Part shown: positions 1 to 13,204 of the stretch, piece after piece
Layout: each line of letters opens with the position of its first letter
Position numbering within the stretch: position 1 is the first letter of the stretch
Assembly (NCBI GenBank): GCA_030265395.1
Contig: JARFYF010000104.1
Span: 61,807,215-61,870,935, forward strand
Source of the DNA: Rhina ancylostomus
Taxonomy: Eukaryota
DNA length: 63,721 nt
Reading direction: 5' to 3'
Made by a program: the position numbers and the translations under genes
Notes under the pieces: generated by a model
Databases searched by the model: none
What the model was told of the DNA's origin: nothing
The model's input: the letters and a program-made list of their open reading frames with translations, nothing else

Positions 1-1350
1 GTTAGCACTGATCTGCACTGAATGTGGTTTCCCAATAAGGAAGTCAAGGATCCAGTTGCAGAGGGAGGTACAGAGGCCCAGGTTTTGAAGCTTGGTTATT
101 AGTACTCGGGATGATGGTGTTGAATTCCAAGCTGTAATCGATAAACAGCAGCCTGACATATGTTTTGCGGTTGTCTAGGTGCTCCAAAGCAGAGTAGAGA
201 GCCAGTGGGATTGCATCTGCTGCAGATGTATTGTGGCGGTGGGCAAATTGCAGCAAGTTCAGGTCCTTGCTCAGGCAGGAGTTAATCCTTGCCATAACCA
301 ACCTCTCGAAGCACTTCATCACAGTAGATGTGAGTGCTACCAGGCGATAATCATTGAGGCAGCTTACCCTGCCCTTCTTGGTCACTGGAATGATTGCTGC
401 CCTTTTGAAGCAGGTGGGAACCTCAGACCGCAGCAGTGAGAGGTTGAAGANNNNNNNNNNTAGTTGGTCAGCCAGGAACGCCATCAGGGCCTGATGCCTT
501 GCAAGTGTTCACCCTCTGGATGGTTGTTTGGACATCAGCCTCCAAGACAGAGATCACAGGGTCATTGGATGCTGTGGGGATTCATACAGATGTAGTGTTA
601 TTCTTCCTTTCAAAGCATGCATAAAAGGTGTTGAACTCATCAGGAAGTGAAGCATCACTGCCATTTATGTTGTTAGGTTTCGCCTTAAAGGAAGTAATGG
701 CACGTAAACCCTGCCACAGCTGTCGTGCTTCCAATATGTCTGTAGCTTCACTCAGGATTGCCTTTTCACTCGCAATGGCCTTCTGTCAGTCATAATTTGT
801 CTTCCTGTAGGGTTCTAGATCGCTGGTCTTGAACCCATAGATCTAGCCCTTAGCAGACTGCAAATCTCTTGGTTCATCCAGGCTTCTGATTTGGGAAAAC
901 TTGGTATGTTCTCAAAGGAACACACTCGTCCACTCAGGTCTTGATCAAGTTAGTGACAGCTGTGGCACATTCATTCAGATCCGAGGATAAATCCCTGAAT
1001 ATGGTCTAGTCCACTGATTCAAACCAGTCCTGTAAATGGTCCTCCACCTCCCCTGACCATACCTTCACAGTTCTCACTCACCACTGGTGCTGCAGTCCTC
1101 AGTCTCTGCTTATATGCTGGGAGTAGAAGTCCAGCCAGGTGATCAGACTTGCCAAAGTGCGGGTGAAGGATGGCATGGTAGGTGTTCTTGATGGTTGTGT
1201 AACAGTGATCAAGTATGTTGACTTCTTTGGTTCTGCAGGTGATGTGTTAGTGGTAGTTGGTCAGAGACTTGTTCAAGTTAGCCTGGATGAAGTCCCCCAC
1301 AATGATTGGGAAGGCATCAGATTGCGCTGTCTAAAGACTGTTGATCATGG
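1..1350 (-). mobile_element. Rex1/Babar-type LINE, decayed endonuclease + RT fragment
   Basis: Minus ORF 44-484 has VPTCFKRAAIIPV.KK...LNDYRLVALTSTVMKCFERLV...LQFAHR...[17 protein letters not shown]. Around 1130-1320 the minus strand reads IIVGDF, ILDHCYTTIKNTYH and FGKSDHL (APE motifs). Confidence 0.9.
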
Positions 1351-2289
1351 TGCTCAGCCACCCCCCCCCCCCCCCGTGCCAGTTTGATGTTTGCCAGGAG
1401 TGGAATGTACACCACTACCAGGATGTCAGTGGCACAAAGGAACAACCAGGCAGAAAGGTACTTTCAGCACTAGCCTTAGTTCAAATGCTATATTCTAATT
1501 TCTGCGACAGAGACCTGTAATTTCAAGTACCACTCCAGGGATTTAAGCATCCAAGGAGGCACTTGAGAGACAGCTGCACTATCAGAGCTGCTATTGCTGG
1601 CTGCAAGGCACATTGTAACACATTCCAGGCTTCTGCAAACTGCACCACAGAAGTCAGGATTGCTAACAGTTGAGTGCACAAGCTGTCACAAGGCCATCAG
1701 GGGAGAGCATGTTTAAAGCTTTACTTTCCACCCACTGTAGCTCAGTTGCCCCTTGCAGCCTGATGTGCCTTGTGGAAAGGCCAAGGCAGCAAAGAAAGAA
1801 AGACTGTAGGAGCTGCATGGACACAAGAAAATTAGTGAGACTACAGGACACAGGCTGTGATCAATGCAATTTGGTCCATTAAAACTAAGGCCCAACTGCT
1901 TCATCAGACTGATGGATAGGATTCACTGGCATGATTACAAACAAAGAAGAAAGGTTTTGGTGTCCAACCCACCAACATCTGTTTAATTAATTTGAAATCA
2001 GTGGCTTGTTTGTAGGAGTAGGTAATTAGTCAGAAAACCAGAATATGTTTTTGAAATACTGAGCATTCAATGAATGTTCCATTACATTGTGATTCCAAAA
2101 ACCTCTTCCCCAATTTGACTGAGGGAAAAAAATCAGGCTGAAAGCCCATTTGAGAGTTACAATCCACTGCAGTAATGTGCATAAAGTCATATTAAGTGCA
2201 TTCACAAGGTGGCATGCTGTCACCTTGTCTAATCTTGGTTATACCCTATTGTCATGAAAGCTCACCTGTGCCTCTACTTCTGAAGGAGG

Positions 2290-2880
2290 CTAAAGGAAAT
2301 TGGCATGTCCCCATTGACTCTTACCAACTTTTATGGATGCACCATAGAAAGCATTTTATCTGGATGCATCACGGCTTGGTATGGCAACTGCTCTGCCCAT
2401 GACCACAAGAATCTGCAGAGAGTCGTGGACACAGCCCAGCACATCATGAAAACCAGCCTCCCCTCCATAGATTCTGTCTATACTTNNNNNNNNNNNNNNN
2501 NNNNNNNNNNNNNNNNNNNNNNNNNNNNNNNNNNNNNNNNNNNNNNNNNTCTTCTATCCAGTTGGCCAGAAGATACAAAAGCCAAAAATCACCAATCACA
2601 AGGCTTCAGGATACTTTCTACACACTGATATAAGATTACTGAATAGCTCCCTAGTACAATAAGATAGACTCTTGACCTCACAATCTACTTCGTTATGACA
2701 TTGCACTTTATTGTCTACCTGCAATGCATTTTCTGTAGAGCTGTTACACTTTATTCGGCATTCTGTTACTGTTTTATCTTGTACTACCGCAATGCACTGT
2801 GTAATGAATTGATCTGTATGAACAGTATGCAAGACAAGCTTTTCACTGTACCTCAGTGCACGTGACAATAATAATCTAAT
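2290..2880 (+). mobile_element. Rex1/Babar LINE 3' end (ORF C-terminus + 3' UTR)
   Basis: TNFYGCTIESILSGCITAWYGNCSAHDHKNLQRVVDTAQHI; tail ends TTTCACTGTACCTCAGTGCACGTGACAATAATAA; reverse-complement match to 44255-44700. Confidence 0.88.
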
Positions 2881-4364
2881 TCCAGTTATGTTGGAGAAGG
2901 TAATGCAAGCTCTAGAATCTAGAGCCCAAGGCTGAGGAAAAGCAAGCCTGTGTTGGATAATTTCCTTTCTGAAAATGCAACATTGGTGTGTTTCTAGATT
3001 ATCATGTGAATTATTTGTTTAAACTATTTTGTAGTCAGAACATTTAGTAGAATAAGTAGTGGGAAAATGCCTCAGTTAAGCTTCCTCAGTTAAGCCGCCC
3101 TCCTTTTCAACTGCAGTCATTGCCCAATAACCAACCCAAATTGATCCTTGGCAGGTGACCCTTGACCAGCATCTCTATGAACCTCCCACTCCAAACCCCG
3201 ATCCTTGTCCACCAGTTGTCCTCTGGTACTATTCCATTCCGATTCTTAATGAAGCCCCAAGTTCCTTCCCCCATCCTCCTCGTCCCCAGCCTCTTTGTTT
3301 ACACAATTCAACCCTTTACATAACCTGATTTTCTTCACATATTCTGTGATAATAAAGCACAAAAAAAATAGATTCTGCCAGTGTAAGACTTGTTTAGTAC
3401 CAGGTTATGCTTTGTGTCTTGTACGCTATTGAACTTTCCACAAGAGCCCTCAAACTGTGACATCATTGACTTTTTTACATCCAATACATAAATAGATATC
3501 ATTCAGTTTCTAGGCATGTATGCATGGGTTTGAAATGGATATTAATAAGTCAGAAAATCCTGATCCAGTTATCAGATACCTTCTCCTTCAGATTCACCCG
3601 AAGTCCACACTTAAAGCTAACTTTTCCCCTCTCCATTCTCAGAAGAGATCAAATAATAATTTATTCAGTCTTGCACGCAATTCCTGCTTATCAAATTCTT
3701 GCCATCATATTTCACAGCTGCATATGTGGCTTAGGTCAACCAGAGGTAAGTCAGCAATGGAGAGAGACTGTAAATCAAAAGTAAAGGAAAATGGCCAGTA
3801 AATTGCTCATGAGAAGTTAGTAAGGGACTTCAGAAATAAAACTCTCCTGCATAGCCAGCCAATGATTTTTTTTTTGGAAATGTTAAGCTATTAATTACTC
3901 AAGATACTTTGTGGAACATGTTTCCATTCATTGTATTTTATTAGGGACATCGAGTTATCTTGCACTCCTATAATTCATAATTAGCATCTGTTTTTTTTCA
4001 TTCATGTCAGTTATTGCAGTGTTTAAAATCTGATATGCTTTCTGATATTTCAGTTATTTCATCACTAATTTTTCTTCACCTAACAATATACTACTTTTAG
4101 ACATGTAACACAAAGGCTAAACATCTCATTGACCAAAACATTTACTGTTTATAGTTTTTCAACCAGTCAATTGATCACATTGGTCCATTGGTACCTATAG
4201 ATTCCTTCTGTTCAAATGTGTAGAAACAATTATAATCAATTCATCAGCTGTCTTATGTAAGCATTTTTTAGTTGGTGCAAAAGTCAAGAATCTGATGGAT
4301 GGCAATACTGTTGCTGGAAAGTGCCCAGGAGGTTCTTGACTTAAGTACCCAGTTTCTCTATGTA

Positions 4365-4432
4365 AGTTATTTGGCATCATGTTCGGCACAGATATTGTGG
4401 GCCGAAGGGCCTGTTCCTGTTCTGTTCTGTAT
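4365..4432 (+). mobile_element. CR1 (HER1-type) LINE 3' tail fragment
   Basis: ttggcatcatgttcggcacagatattgtgggccgaagggcctgttcctgttctgttctgt, the same tail as 15610-15680. Confidence 0.7.
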
Positions 4433-6019
4433 TTATTATGATGATTTGTCAAATGCTAATACTAACATTGTGTCAAGAAATATATTTTGATTTTATTATA
4501 AGTTGCCAAAAAGAAAAGCATTCTGTCATATTGTGCATTGTGTCTTTAATTGAACTGCTAACTAACATCATATGTTAGTAATGCAGTGTTTGTGACTAGC
4601 AAAATGAGTNNNNNNNNNNNNNNNNNNNNNNNNNNNNNNNNNNNNNNNNNNNNNNNNNNNNNNNNNNNNNNNNNNNNNNNNNNNNNNNNNNNNNNNNNNN
4701 NNNNNNNNNNNNNNNNNNNNNNNNNNNNNNNNNNNNNNNNNNNNNNNNNNNNNNNNNNNNNNNNNNNNNNNNNNNNNNNNNNNNNNNNNNNNNNNNNNNN
4801 NNNNNNNNNNNNNNNNNNNNNNNNNNNNNNNNNNNNNNNNNNNNNNNNNNNNNNNNNNNNNNNNNNNNNCATAGGAAATTCAGGAAATTCTCCTAAGAGG
4901 AGTTAAAATGTGGAACTTACAACCATAAGCAGGTAATTGAAGCAAATGTCATAGATGCTTTTAAAACTAATCTCGTGAGACAGAAATAAAAGGATAATTT
5001 ATTGAAGATTTAGATGAAGGTGGATGGAGCAGGCTTGGGTGGAGTATAAAAACATTGTTTGGCATTTGGGATGATTGGTCTTTTTCTATGTGGTAAATGA
5101 ATTTTGCCATCCTCCCAATACCTTTCCTTCATTATCGAACCAGGCCCCTGTCTCCTCCTACTTTTGGCTATCTGATTGTAGCCATTACTTCTAAGACAAT
5201 TGTTTCTCTTCCATTTGTGCAGATTCCCCAAGCCTCATTCTTTTATCCACGTGCTGAATTTTGGCTGTACCATCCACAGACGTGAGATCAGTTATCACAT
5301 GAAGAACGTATGCAGTTCCAAACCTCTCCACTGCCTCCATGTTGTTTGGTAACTTTAAGGTTTTCCAGTCCAGCATGAGCCAAACTTTCTCCCATTTTTG
5401 TCAACTCCACTCCCTTTTTACCTGCTCTGGTTATTCCTTCCCCTTGTTTAGTCTTTGGTGTGTTAATAGTATCACCCAAGAGAAGTTTTCACTTTCATTT
5501 ATCATATCCATATTGTCTCTTACCACATCTTTTCTCTTTGCCTGTCCCCTATTAAAACATTCAGGCAAGTCCTTGTCACCCAAAGCCAGATATTCCCTTG
5601 CCGGCTTCCCCAGCATATATGTCCAAAATAACTGCTTCCCTTAGCCTATCCTTTATAGCTACTGAAGAGGCTGAGGCTATGCATGGTTTAAAGATGACAA
5701 TACCAAACTGAAAGCATTGGAGCATCAGGATTTGGGTGAAGATGGCCAGAAATAATAGGTAATCTCCTGTGGTCCTACAACCTCCCTTCAAACTCTCTCT
5801 TTTTCCTTCATGTATTGCGATCATCCTACACATCAACATTTGCAGGCATGCCCTCCTTATAACTTCTTTGTTCCAATTGTTGTTCATCTTTGCCAAATAC
5901 TTTTTTTGTTGTCTCTGTGACAATTTTGAAAGATTTATGCACATTAACAATGCCACATAAGTGCAAATTACTGTTTAATTTTTTAGAGTAGATTTTAATT
6001 TTAGAATGTGTTGGCATTA

Positions 6020-6930
6020 CTGGCATCTACCCAGCAATGTGCCAAATTGCCCAAGTACATCCTGTCGACAAAAGAAAACCGAACAGATTCAATCTGAGTA
6101 ACTACTCATCCAATCATTCTGCTCTCAATCACCAGCAAAGTGATAGAAGGTGTTATCGGGCAGCTCTTATTATCCAATAGCCTCCTCACCAATGCCCAGT
6201 TTGGGGTTAGCTAGGACCACTCAGGTCCAGGCTCCATCACAACCATTTCAAACATGGACCTAAGAAGTCAATTTAGAGGTGAGGTAAGTGGATGCCCTTG
6301 ACACCAAGGCAACATTTGACTGACATTAGGGAGCCTTACTTAAACTGAAATCATTGAAGCACTCCAGTGGATGAAGTTACATTTCACAAAATGGTCGTGG
6401 TTGATCAAAATCAATCATATCAGCCCAAAGATGTCAGCAGTTCCTCAGGGAAGAAATCTAGGTTCAACCATCTTCAGCTATTTCATCAATGCTTTTCCTC
6501 CCAACATAAGATCAGAACTGGAGATCTTTGCTTATGGTTGCACAATTATAATAAAATTTTAAAACTCCTCAAGAAATGAACCAGTCCATGAATTCAGCAA
6601 GATCTAAATAACATCCACTCATGGACTGATAAGTGGCAAATAACATTTGTGCATAAAAGGGTCAGGTGATGACTATCTCTGACAAGAGAGAGTCAAACTA
6701 CTTACCTTTGATATTCCATGGTTTTACTATTGTTGAATTCCTCCATCAAAATCTTGGGTGTCATTATTGACCAGAAGCTCAATAGGACCAGCCACATAAA
6801 TATTGTTGTTTCAAGGGCAGGTCAGAGGTTGAGTGTCTTATTTGCTGATATCCCAAAGGCATAAGTCAGGAGGATATCCCTCATTAGTCTGGATGAGTGC
6901 AGTTTCAACAACACCCAAGAAACTCATGAG
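6020..6930 (+). mobile_element. Old CR1/L2-group LINE (family B), decayed RT region
   Basis: Frameshifted remnants of TGIYPAM.KIAQV.PV.K...NY.PI.LLSI.SKV.EG, QFG, and VPQG..LG.T.FS.FIN; related segments at 24520-24740 and 40540-42000. Confidence 0.65.
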
Positions 6931-6939
6931 GACAATGTG

Positions 6940-7830
6940 GGAACAGCAGACTCTTCCACTTATGGGTAGGAGGTAGCTGATGAAGAAGCTAGAGCAAGTA
7001 ATTTGTGGGTAGTATGTTTCTTCTGCTGCTTATACATAACATTAGGTTTCAAAGAGCCTGAAAGTACCATTCCGAATGCTCCTTCTCCACTCTGAGCGGT
7101 ATCAGTTGTCTCCCTTTCAGATAGAGATTTGGCCTCATCAGAAGCTCCCAAGATTGGGACGTGAGTCAAAGGATCATAAGACTTTCACCAGTTCTGCATG
7201 GGAGTCACTGAGATGGTAGATTAACTGATTCTTAATGGGGAAGTTCATACCTTGGAGGTGGCATTCCTCTTCCAGTTTTCCCCTCCAGAAGGTGTATCCA
7301 CCACTTTGTTCTTTAAACTGGCCATCTTCTGTCCAATATATCTGTCTGAATGTGGTGATGTTGATGTCAAAGTATCAGAGTTCCTAAGCTAGAGTGACAT
7401 TCCAGTCTGTTGTTGTTGGGACTATCCATAAAGGTTGTGACATTGCAAATTCCAAACTTCATATTCTGGAATTTGACTCTGGATGATTTTTAATATGGCA
7501 CAGTCATTGCACGCCAGCCACCATGTGGACTTCTCTGAGCAAGGTCTTGATCCAGAATTAAGGGGAATCAAGACGACTGGAGACCAAATTCAACAGTGTG
7601 GGTATTAATACTTCAATGTAAAAGCAGACACATCTGTAGGTGCTGTCTGCCATGTGCACACTTGCCCACTCATTCTCTCTGACTTTTGCTGTCTGCCTCT
7701 CTCCTTGCCTCCCCCAACCATCAGTTCCTGAGCCAAACTGCATATCTGATCCACATTCCCAGTCTACAGTACAGTCTGCATGTAAGGGCCACCTTTAGGC
7801 CCTCAGCTTTGGCTATGCACGCAACTCACT
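6940..7830 (-). mobile_element. RTE-clade LINE 5' fragment (APE endonuclease N-terminus), inserted in the family B LINE
   Basis: Minus strand from ATG at 7462 reads MKFGICNVTTFMDSPNNNRLE...QFKEQSGGYTFWRGKLEEE..LQGMNFPIKNQL, then VPILGASDEAKS. This resembles RTE motifs (GTWNVRTL, GYTFFW.G, GVGFAIK, YAPT...DE.K). Confidence 0.7.
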
Positions 7831-7879
7831 TTGTAACCTCAACATGGGCAAGCTGATTTGCAGGTAGCTGCCTGGAAGC

Positions 7880-8252
7880 AATTTTGTTTCAGGTAAATCA
7901 TTATGGTGATGATATTGCTAAAAGGGCTCCCTCCATCACCAGCACACTGGTACAGTGTGTACCACATGCAATTTGTACTGTAGTTAGTTGCATAGGCTAC
8001 TCTGACAGCACCTCCTAAACCTGTAACTTCTATCACCAAGAAGGAGAATTGCATTGTACCTTCAAATCACGCACCATGCCAACTTGGAAATATTTTGCTG
8101 TTTTGTTGCTGGGTCGAAATGTCAGAACTCCATATCAATGAGTATTGTAGGAGTGCGTTCATCAGCAGGACTGCAGAAGTTAAGAAGGTGACAAGGGCAA
8201 TTAGCACAGGGCAACAAAACACAGGCCTTTGTACCAATGCTCATGTCCCACA
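7880..8252 (+). mobile_element. Family B LINE 3' end
   Basis: Tail agggcaattagcacagggcaacaaaacacaggcctttgtaccaatgctcatgtccca; related tails at 24185-24250 (+) and 56160-56460 (-). Confidence 0.6.
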
Positions 8253-9715
8253 TTTTAAGACCACAGTTCACATTTTAAGACCCTGTTATAACTGAAACAA
8301 ATCAGTCATAATTTGAGATTTGCTTAAATGGAAGTGTGACTTAAGAATGCAGATAATAGATTTGTATAACTGAGGACCTTCATTCGAAGACAGAAGCTTT
8401 TATAATTAACCTTCTCTAATACCGTCTAGTTCATTTGACTTGGTTAATAATTAGCAAACAAATGTCCAACTGTTCCATATTTTCAGTCAATGAACTGCAA
8501 AGTACTTCATATTTCAGGAGACTCTTCACTAGGTTACCATTCAATCTTTTTTATTGTAAATTGAAAGATAGCAAACTATTTATCATTAAGAACTTGGTAC
8601 ATAATTTGCTGAGTGGAAAATAAGATTGTTTTCAATACATCCTTAGATTTTAAACCAGAGATCTGGGTAATGTTTTGCTTGGTTATGTTAAGGTGCAGCT
8701 TATGTTAAGATTGAGCAACAGAAGTGCTTTTAATCATTTAGATTTGTAAATAACAAGTCATACTTATCAAGTTGCAAAGTTATAATGTACTTTTTGGTTT
8801 CCAGGCAAGCTGTGTAACAAAGAAAACATACAATACTATAAGTATGTTTAGAGTTGAAATGCCTCCTCTAATTTGGTGGTCAAGACTATTTTTTAATTTG
8901 GCACTATAGTGCAAATCTGCAAACTGAATTAGTAGTTCCAATTCAATCTATGATGCCAAATTACAGTTAGAACAGCACTTATGTAACAGGCTTCATTTGT
9001 TGATTTAGAAATTGTATTGCTTGTAGATTGAACTACTAAAATAGAATTGCACAGGAGACCCATGTTCGTATGTCCAAACGGTGTGTACTTTTAAGCATGT
9101 ACCTCTTTCAAGTGCATGGATGCACTGATTTCTCCCATACTGCACATGAAGTAATTTTATGAGTACAACACACCTACTAAGATCAACAAGCATGAGTGAC
9201 AAAGTCTGTCACTCCACATCCATCTGAGAACCTATAAAACCAAAGTGGATGTAAAATGACTTATAGAGACCCTAAGGGACTAACTAAGTAGAAAAGGAGG
9301 TGACACTTATGACTGCCCCAACACTCAAACTCACATTGATTCAATCATGAAAGATATTTAATTCATACATTACAACACACTTCACTCAACTATGAGGAAA
9401 ATATTTTATCACAATAAGTGGTACAAGCAGGAGGGGTCTCTTCCAAGCCCAGCAGACAAATCAGTCGAAGAAGAAAGGTGTTTGTGGTTGTAGCCCCAGT
9501 TGCACAAAGTCAGTGACCGGAAATCATTGAAGATGGAGTTCATATCCAGTCAGTCCTTTCTTAATCCATCAACCCATAATTTATGTCTGATAAAATACAG
9601 ATGGTTCCAGTAGAGGAGTGGTTGCTAGCTCCATTTTGCAGATGTAGACCCAACCACTATGTCAGAGGACTCCACTTTCTTTCCAACATTGTTAGAGGAT
9701 ACCAAACATCACAGT

Positions 9716-9949
9716 GGAGACACAAGAGACTGCAGATGCTGGAATCTGGATCAACAAACAAGAAGATGGAGAAACTCAGTGGGTCAGGTAGCATCTGTGG
9801 AGGAAAGTAGAGTGTCGACATTTTGTGTCAAGACATTTCATCTGGACTGTCCAGATGAAGGGTTTCAACCCGAAACATCAACTGTCCATTTCCCTCCACA
9901 GATGCTGCCTGACCTGCTGAGGTCCTGCAGCTTCTTGTTTGTTGCCCAG
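9716..9949. mobile_element. Palindromic Penelope-derived repeat with two divergent hammerhead-like cores
   Basis: Left and right halves are imperfect reverse complements around position 9848 (TTCATCTGGAC-T-GTCCAGATGAA). Right arm: GTCCAGATGAAGGGTTTCAACCCGAAACATCAACTG. Confidence 0.75.
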
Positions 9950-11279
9950 TGTCACAGTGCTGTGCTGAAAGCTCAGATCATTGACAATCCAGCTCTGCAT
10001 GCTACTACCCTAGCGCAGAATACTGTTTTCATGATCCATTATTCCCCTAACAGCAGATTGCAAGGGCTTCTGATGGCCCAAATTGGATGTGTTTAAAATG
10101 GTCCATGGAATTTGAATGTTCTGTTTTCTCTCAGGATAACAGTACAAGGACCTCTCCCATTTTGTGAATGTTCCTACAGCAGACTATCTTTCAGTGAGCT
10201 CGGATTACTGCAGCCCACGGCAAGACACTGCAAAAAGAAATCAAACTATTACTCAGAGCTGTTTGTAGTTACATTTAACAGGCATCTACTGGCTCATCTA
10301 TTGCAAGGGAACAACCATACTCAGGTTTTTCTGCAGCCACAGTGGGAGCATTGTGTAGGTGTATTGGTGAGGTAAAAGCACTTGGTCTAACTGGACTCAG
10401 GGAATGCACAAGGGTAACTTGTGATTGATTGCAGGATAATGTCATTGGGTGGTTCTTTAAAAAAAAAAGAAAATTGAATGATATGAAATTAATTTCCAAG
10501 AGATATCAAAATCAGCAATATTTACAGTTTATATTAGGTAGAAGAACAATGGGAGCCCCTTAAAACTTTGATAATGATGATATTAAAAATAGAACTGAGG
10601 AAATGGCAGGTGTATTGAATGATTACTTTGCATGAGTATTCACAATGGAAGAAAAGGATAACATCCTGAAAATACTCATAATAGACCAGCTGGATAGTTG
10701 GTGGGTTTGTGCAGTGTGAAAGTATGGAACATCCTGGAGGTGAGTTGTGAGTGCAGCTGACTTCCTGCTTTGTTCCTGGATTTACCATTGTGTCCTGGTT
10801 ATTCTGTAATGACCTGAGCTGAGGATAAGGTACATCTCATATCCTTCCCTTTGTCTTCATGCCAACCATAGCTGCCAACCTTCACTTAAAAAAATAAGTT
10901 TAAAAAAATGCTTTAATTTTAGGTTGGTTAATCATATTTTAAAATGGAGGTTTTATTTTTAAGTTCTGTTAATAATATTATTTTTCCCAATAAGTTAATT
11001 GTTTTGCAATTATTTTAAATTATGCTTAGATACACAGACATATGGAAAAAATGAAAAGTCCTTTTAATAGCATGAGTCGCCTGAGGCTTAGTCACTTCAT
11101 TGAATGGGCATTGTGGTGAGGCCTGAAAGTTGTTGGGAGCTGCGAAGCTGCAAAAGGTTATTGTGGTCACTGAGCTAGCAGGAGTTGGCTGCAAAGTCTG
11201 GGTGAGGGCCAGCACAATCCTATCCATTAAATCAGAAACAGGGAATTGTCTAACACAAGCAAAATAAATGATGAAAAAT

Positions 11280-12068
11280 AGAATAAGAAATAGGAACAGG
11301 AGTATGTCATTTGGCCCTTTGAGCCTGCTTTGCCATTCATCAAAATCATGGCTGATCTTCTATCTCAGTGCCATTTTCCTGCACTGTCTCCATATCCCTT
11401 GATTTCCTCAATATCCAAAATTCTATTGATCTTGGTTTTAAATGACCTCAATGACTCAACCTCAATAGCCTAGGTTAAAGGATTCCAAAGATTTGCCACC
11501 ATCTCTTTTACCTCCTCTCCATTCTAAATTACCTGCCCCTTATTCACTGATGCCTGGTTCTCAACTCCTCATTCAGGGGTAACAGAAAAAGGGGCAGGCC
11601 AAACTGCATTCACTATCAAACATCTTATAAGTTTCAATGAGATCTCCTCTCATTCTTCTAAACTTTAGTGAATACAGGCTTAGTTACTCAGTCTCTCCTC
11701 GTACAGCAAATGAGCCAATCCTGAAACCAGCTGAGTGAATCTTCATTGCTCTCCCTCTACTACAAGCATATGCTTTTTCAGGGAAGGAGACCAAAACTGC
11801 ACACAATACTCTAAGCGCAAGCTCACCAAGGCCCTGCATAATTGCATTAAGACACCTTTACATCTCAGATCCTCTCATAATAAGGTCAACATATCTTTTG
11901 CCTTCCTATTCACTAGCTACATCTGCATGCTGGCTTTCAGTGACTTATGTACAAAGATACCTCGGCCCCTTTGAACATCAGCGCTGTCAAATCTCTCACC
12001 ATTTAAAAAATATTTTTGGTGCACAGAACAGAAATCCAAAGTGGATAACCTCACATTTTTCTACGTTA
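11280..12068 (-). mobile_element. CR1 LINE 3' portion
   Basis: Begins with the reverse tail ataagaaataggaacaggag...ggcccttTgagcctgct...atcatggctgatct. Contains gaccaaaactgcacacaatactcta (minus LEYCVQFWSP). Same family at 55040-55460. Confidence 0.8.
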
Positions 12069-12479
12069 CACAGGTACTTCACTTGGTGCTTAGGATGTAT
12101 TCCATGGAACAAGAATAATCATGGAATCAGCAGTAAAAGGGGTCATTGTACTATCATCTATACAGGGGTGCATTACTGGCAACACTGTTGTGCCAGGAAT
12201 ATGTTGTACACCACTGTCCTCATACTGCTGTGTGCTGTCGTGCTAGGAACCTGGTTGTTGAGAGCTTGGTATAAATTCCTGTCCTGAGTTGAAGCTCCCA
12301 CATCTGAAAGTTGGCCTGAGTGGGACTGGGTGAGTATCTTCCAAAGAGAATGTTATTCCTGACGCTTTATCCAGATTTCTACATGAAGGATGTCAGAAGT
12401 AGGGAAAGCACAACTTTCACATAATAAACTGTGGACAATGATTTTCCTGACACAGCTCCAAAAATTACTCAGGCAGTGC

Positions 12480-13080
12480 AGTAGGATACATTTCTAAAAC
12501 AAGTCTTTGAGCATACTGTATAAGGGTCTAAATGTATACCTGCAACCATTTTACTGGACACCATTTGAACTGTCCACTTATCAAGCACGTCTGAAGTAGC
12601 GGCAGACCAATGTGTAAGTTACATTCAGACCATACTGGCCAGAAGCTGCAATTATTGGCCAGATATTGGCAAAGGTTCAGAAAATTTAGTGTCACCATAT
12701 ACAGTCTGGTAGGGATGCAGAGTGACATAATTAAAGAAACCATTATAGACACCATTATAGACATAGAAATGGCTGATATATCATTATCAGATTGTCCATT
12801 CTTATCACAAACACAAAGAAAACTTTCTAAGCCTTGATTCGTACTGAAAATGGATTGAAATTAGATATGTGGGAGTTTGTGACAGCAAAATGTACAAATA
12901 TACATGGTATACCTAAGGAGTTGGTGTCGGACTATTGACCACAGTTCACATCATATTCCTTTGAACGCTTCATGAGATGCAGTGGTATCAAGATTCAATA
13001 ATTCTCCCACACTATCTATCAAGCCCTCAGTGGTACAGTGGAAAATTCTATGTGTATTCTGAAAGATGCAGTGAAGCACT
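12480..13080 (+). mobile_element. Gypsy/Ty3 LTR retrotransposon pol relic (RNase H remnant + integrase core)
   Basis: 12904-13075 reads approximately GIPKELVSDY*PQFTSYSFERFMRCSGIK...LSGTVENSMCILKDAVK, resembling integrase G.P..LVSDNGPQFTS..F..F....GI.H...HP.SNG.AE. Upstream remnants are weaker. Confidence 0.6.
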
Positions 13081-13204
13081 AATTTAACTGACTTCTGGTT
13101 TAAATNNNNNNNNNNNNNNNNNNNNNNNNNNNNNNNNNNNNNNNNNNNNNNNNNNNNNNNNNNNNNNNNNNNNNNNNNNNNNNNNNNNNNNNNNNNNNNN
13201 NNNN

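Noticed and set aside
4558-4906. Long ORFs spanning N runs (also 34782-35397 and others)
   Set aside because: Artefacts of translating gaps.
9659-10096. 145-aa ORF
   Set aside because: Reads through the non-coding palindromic repeat; no recognisable domain.
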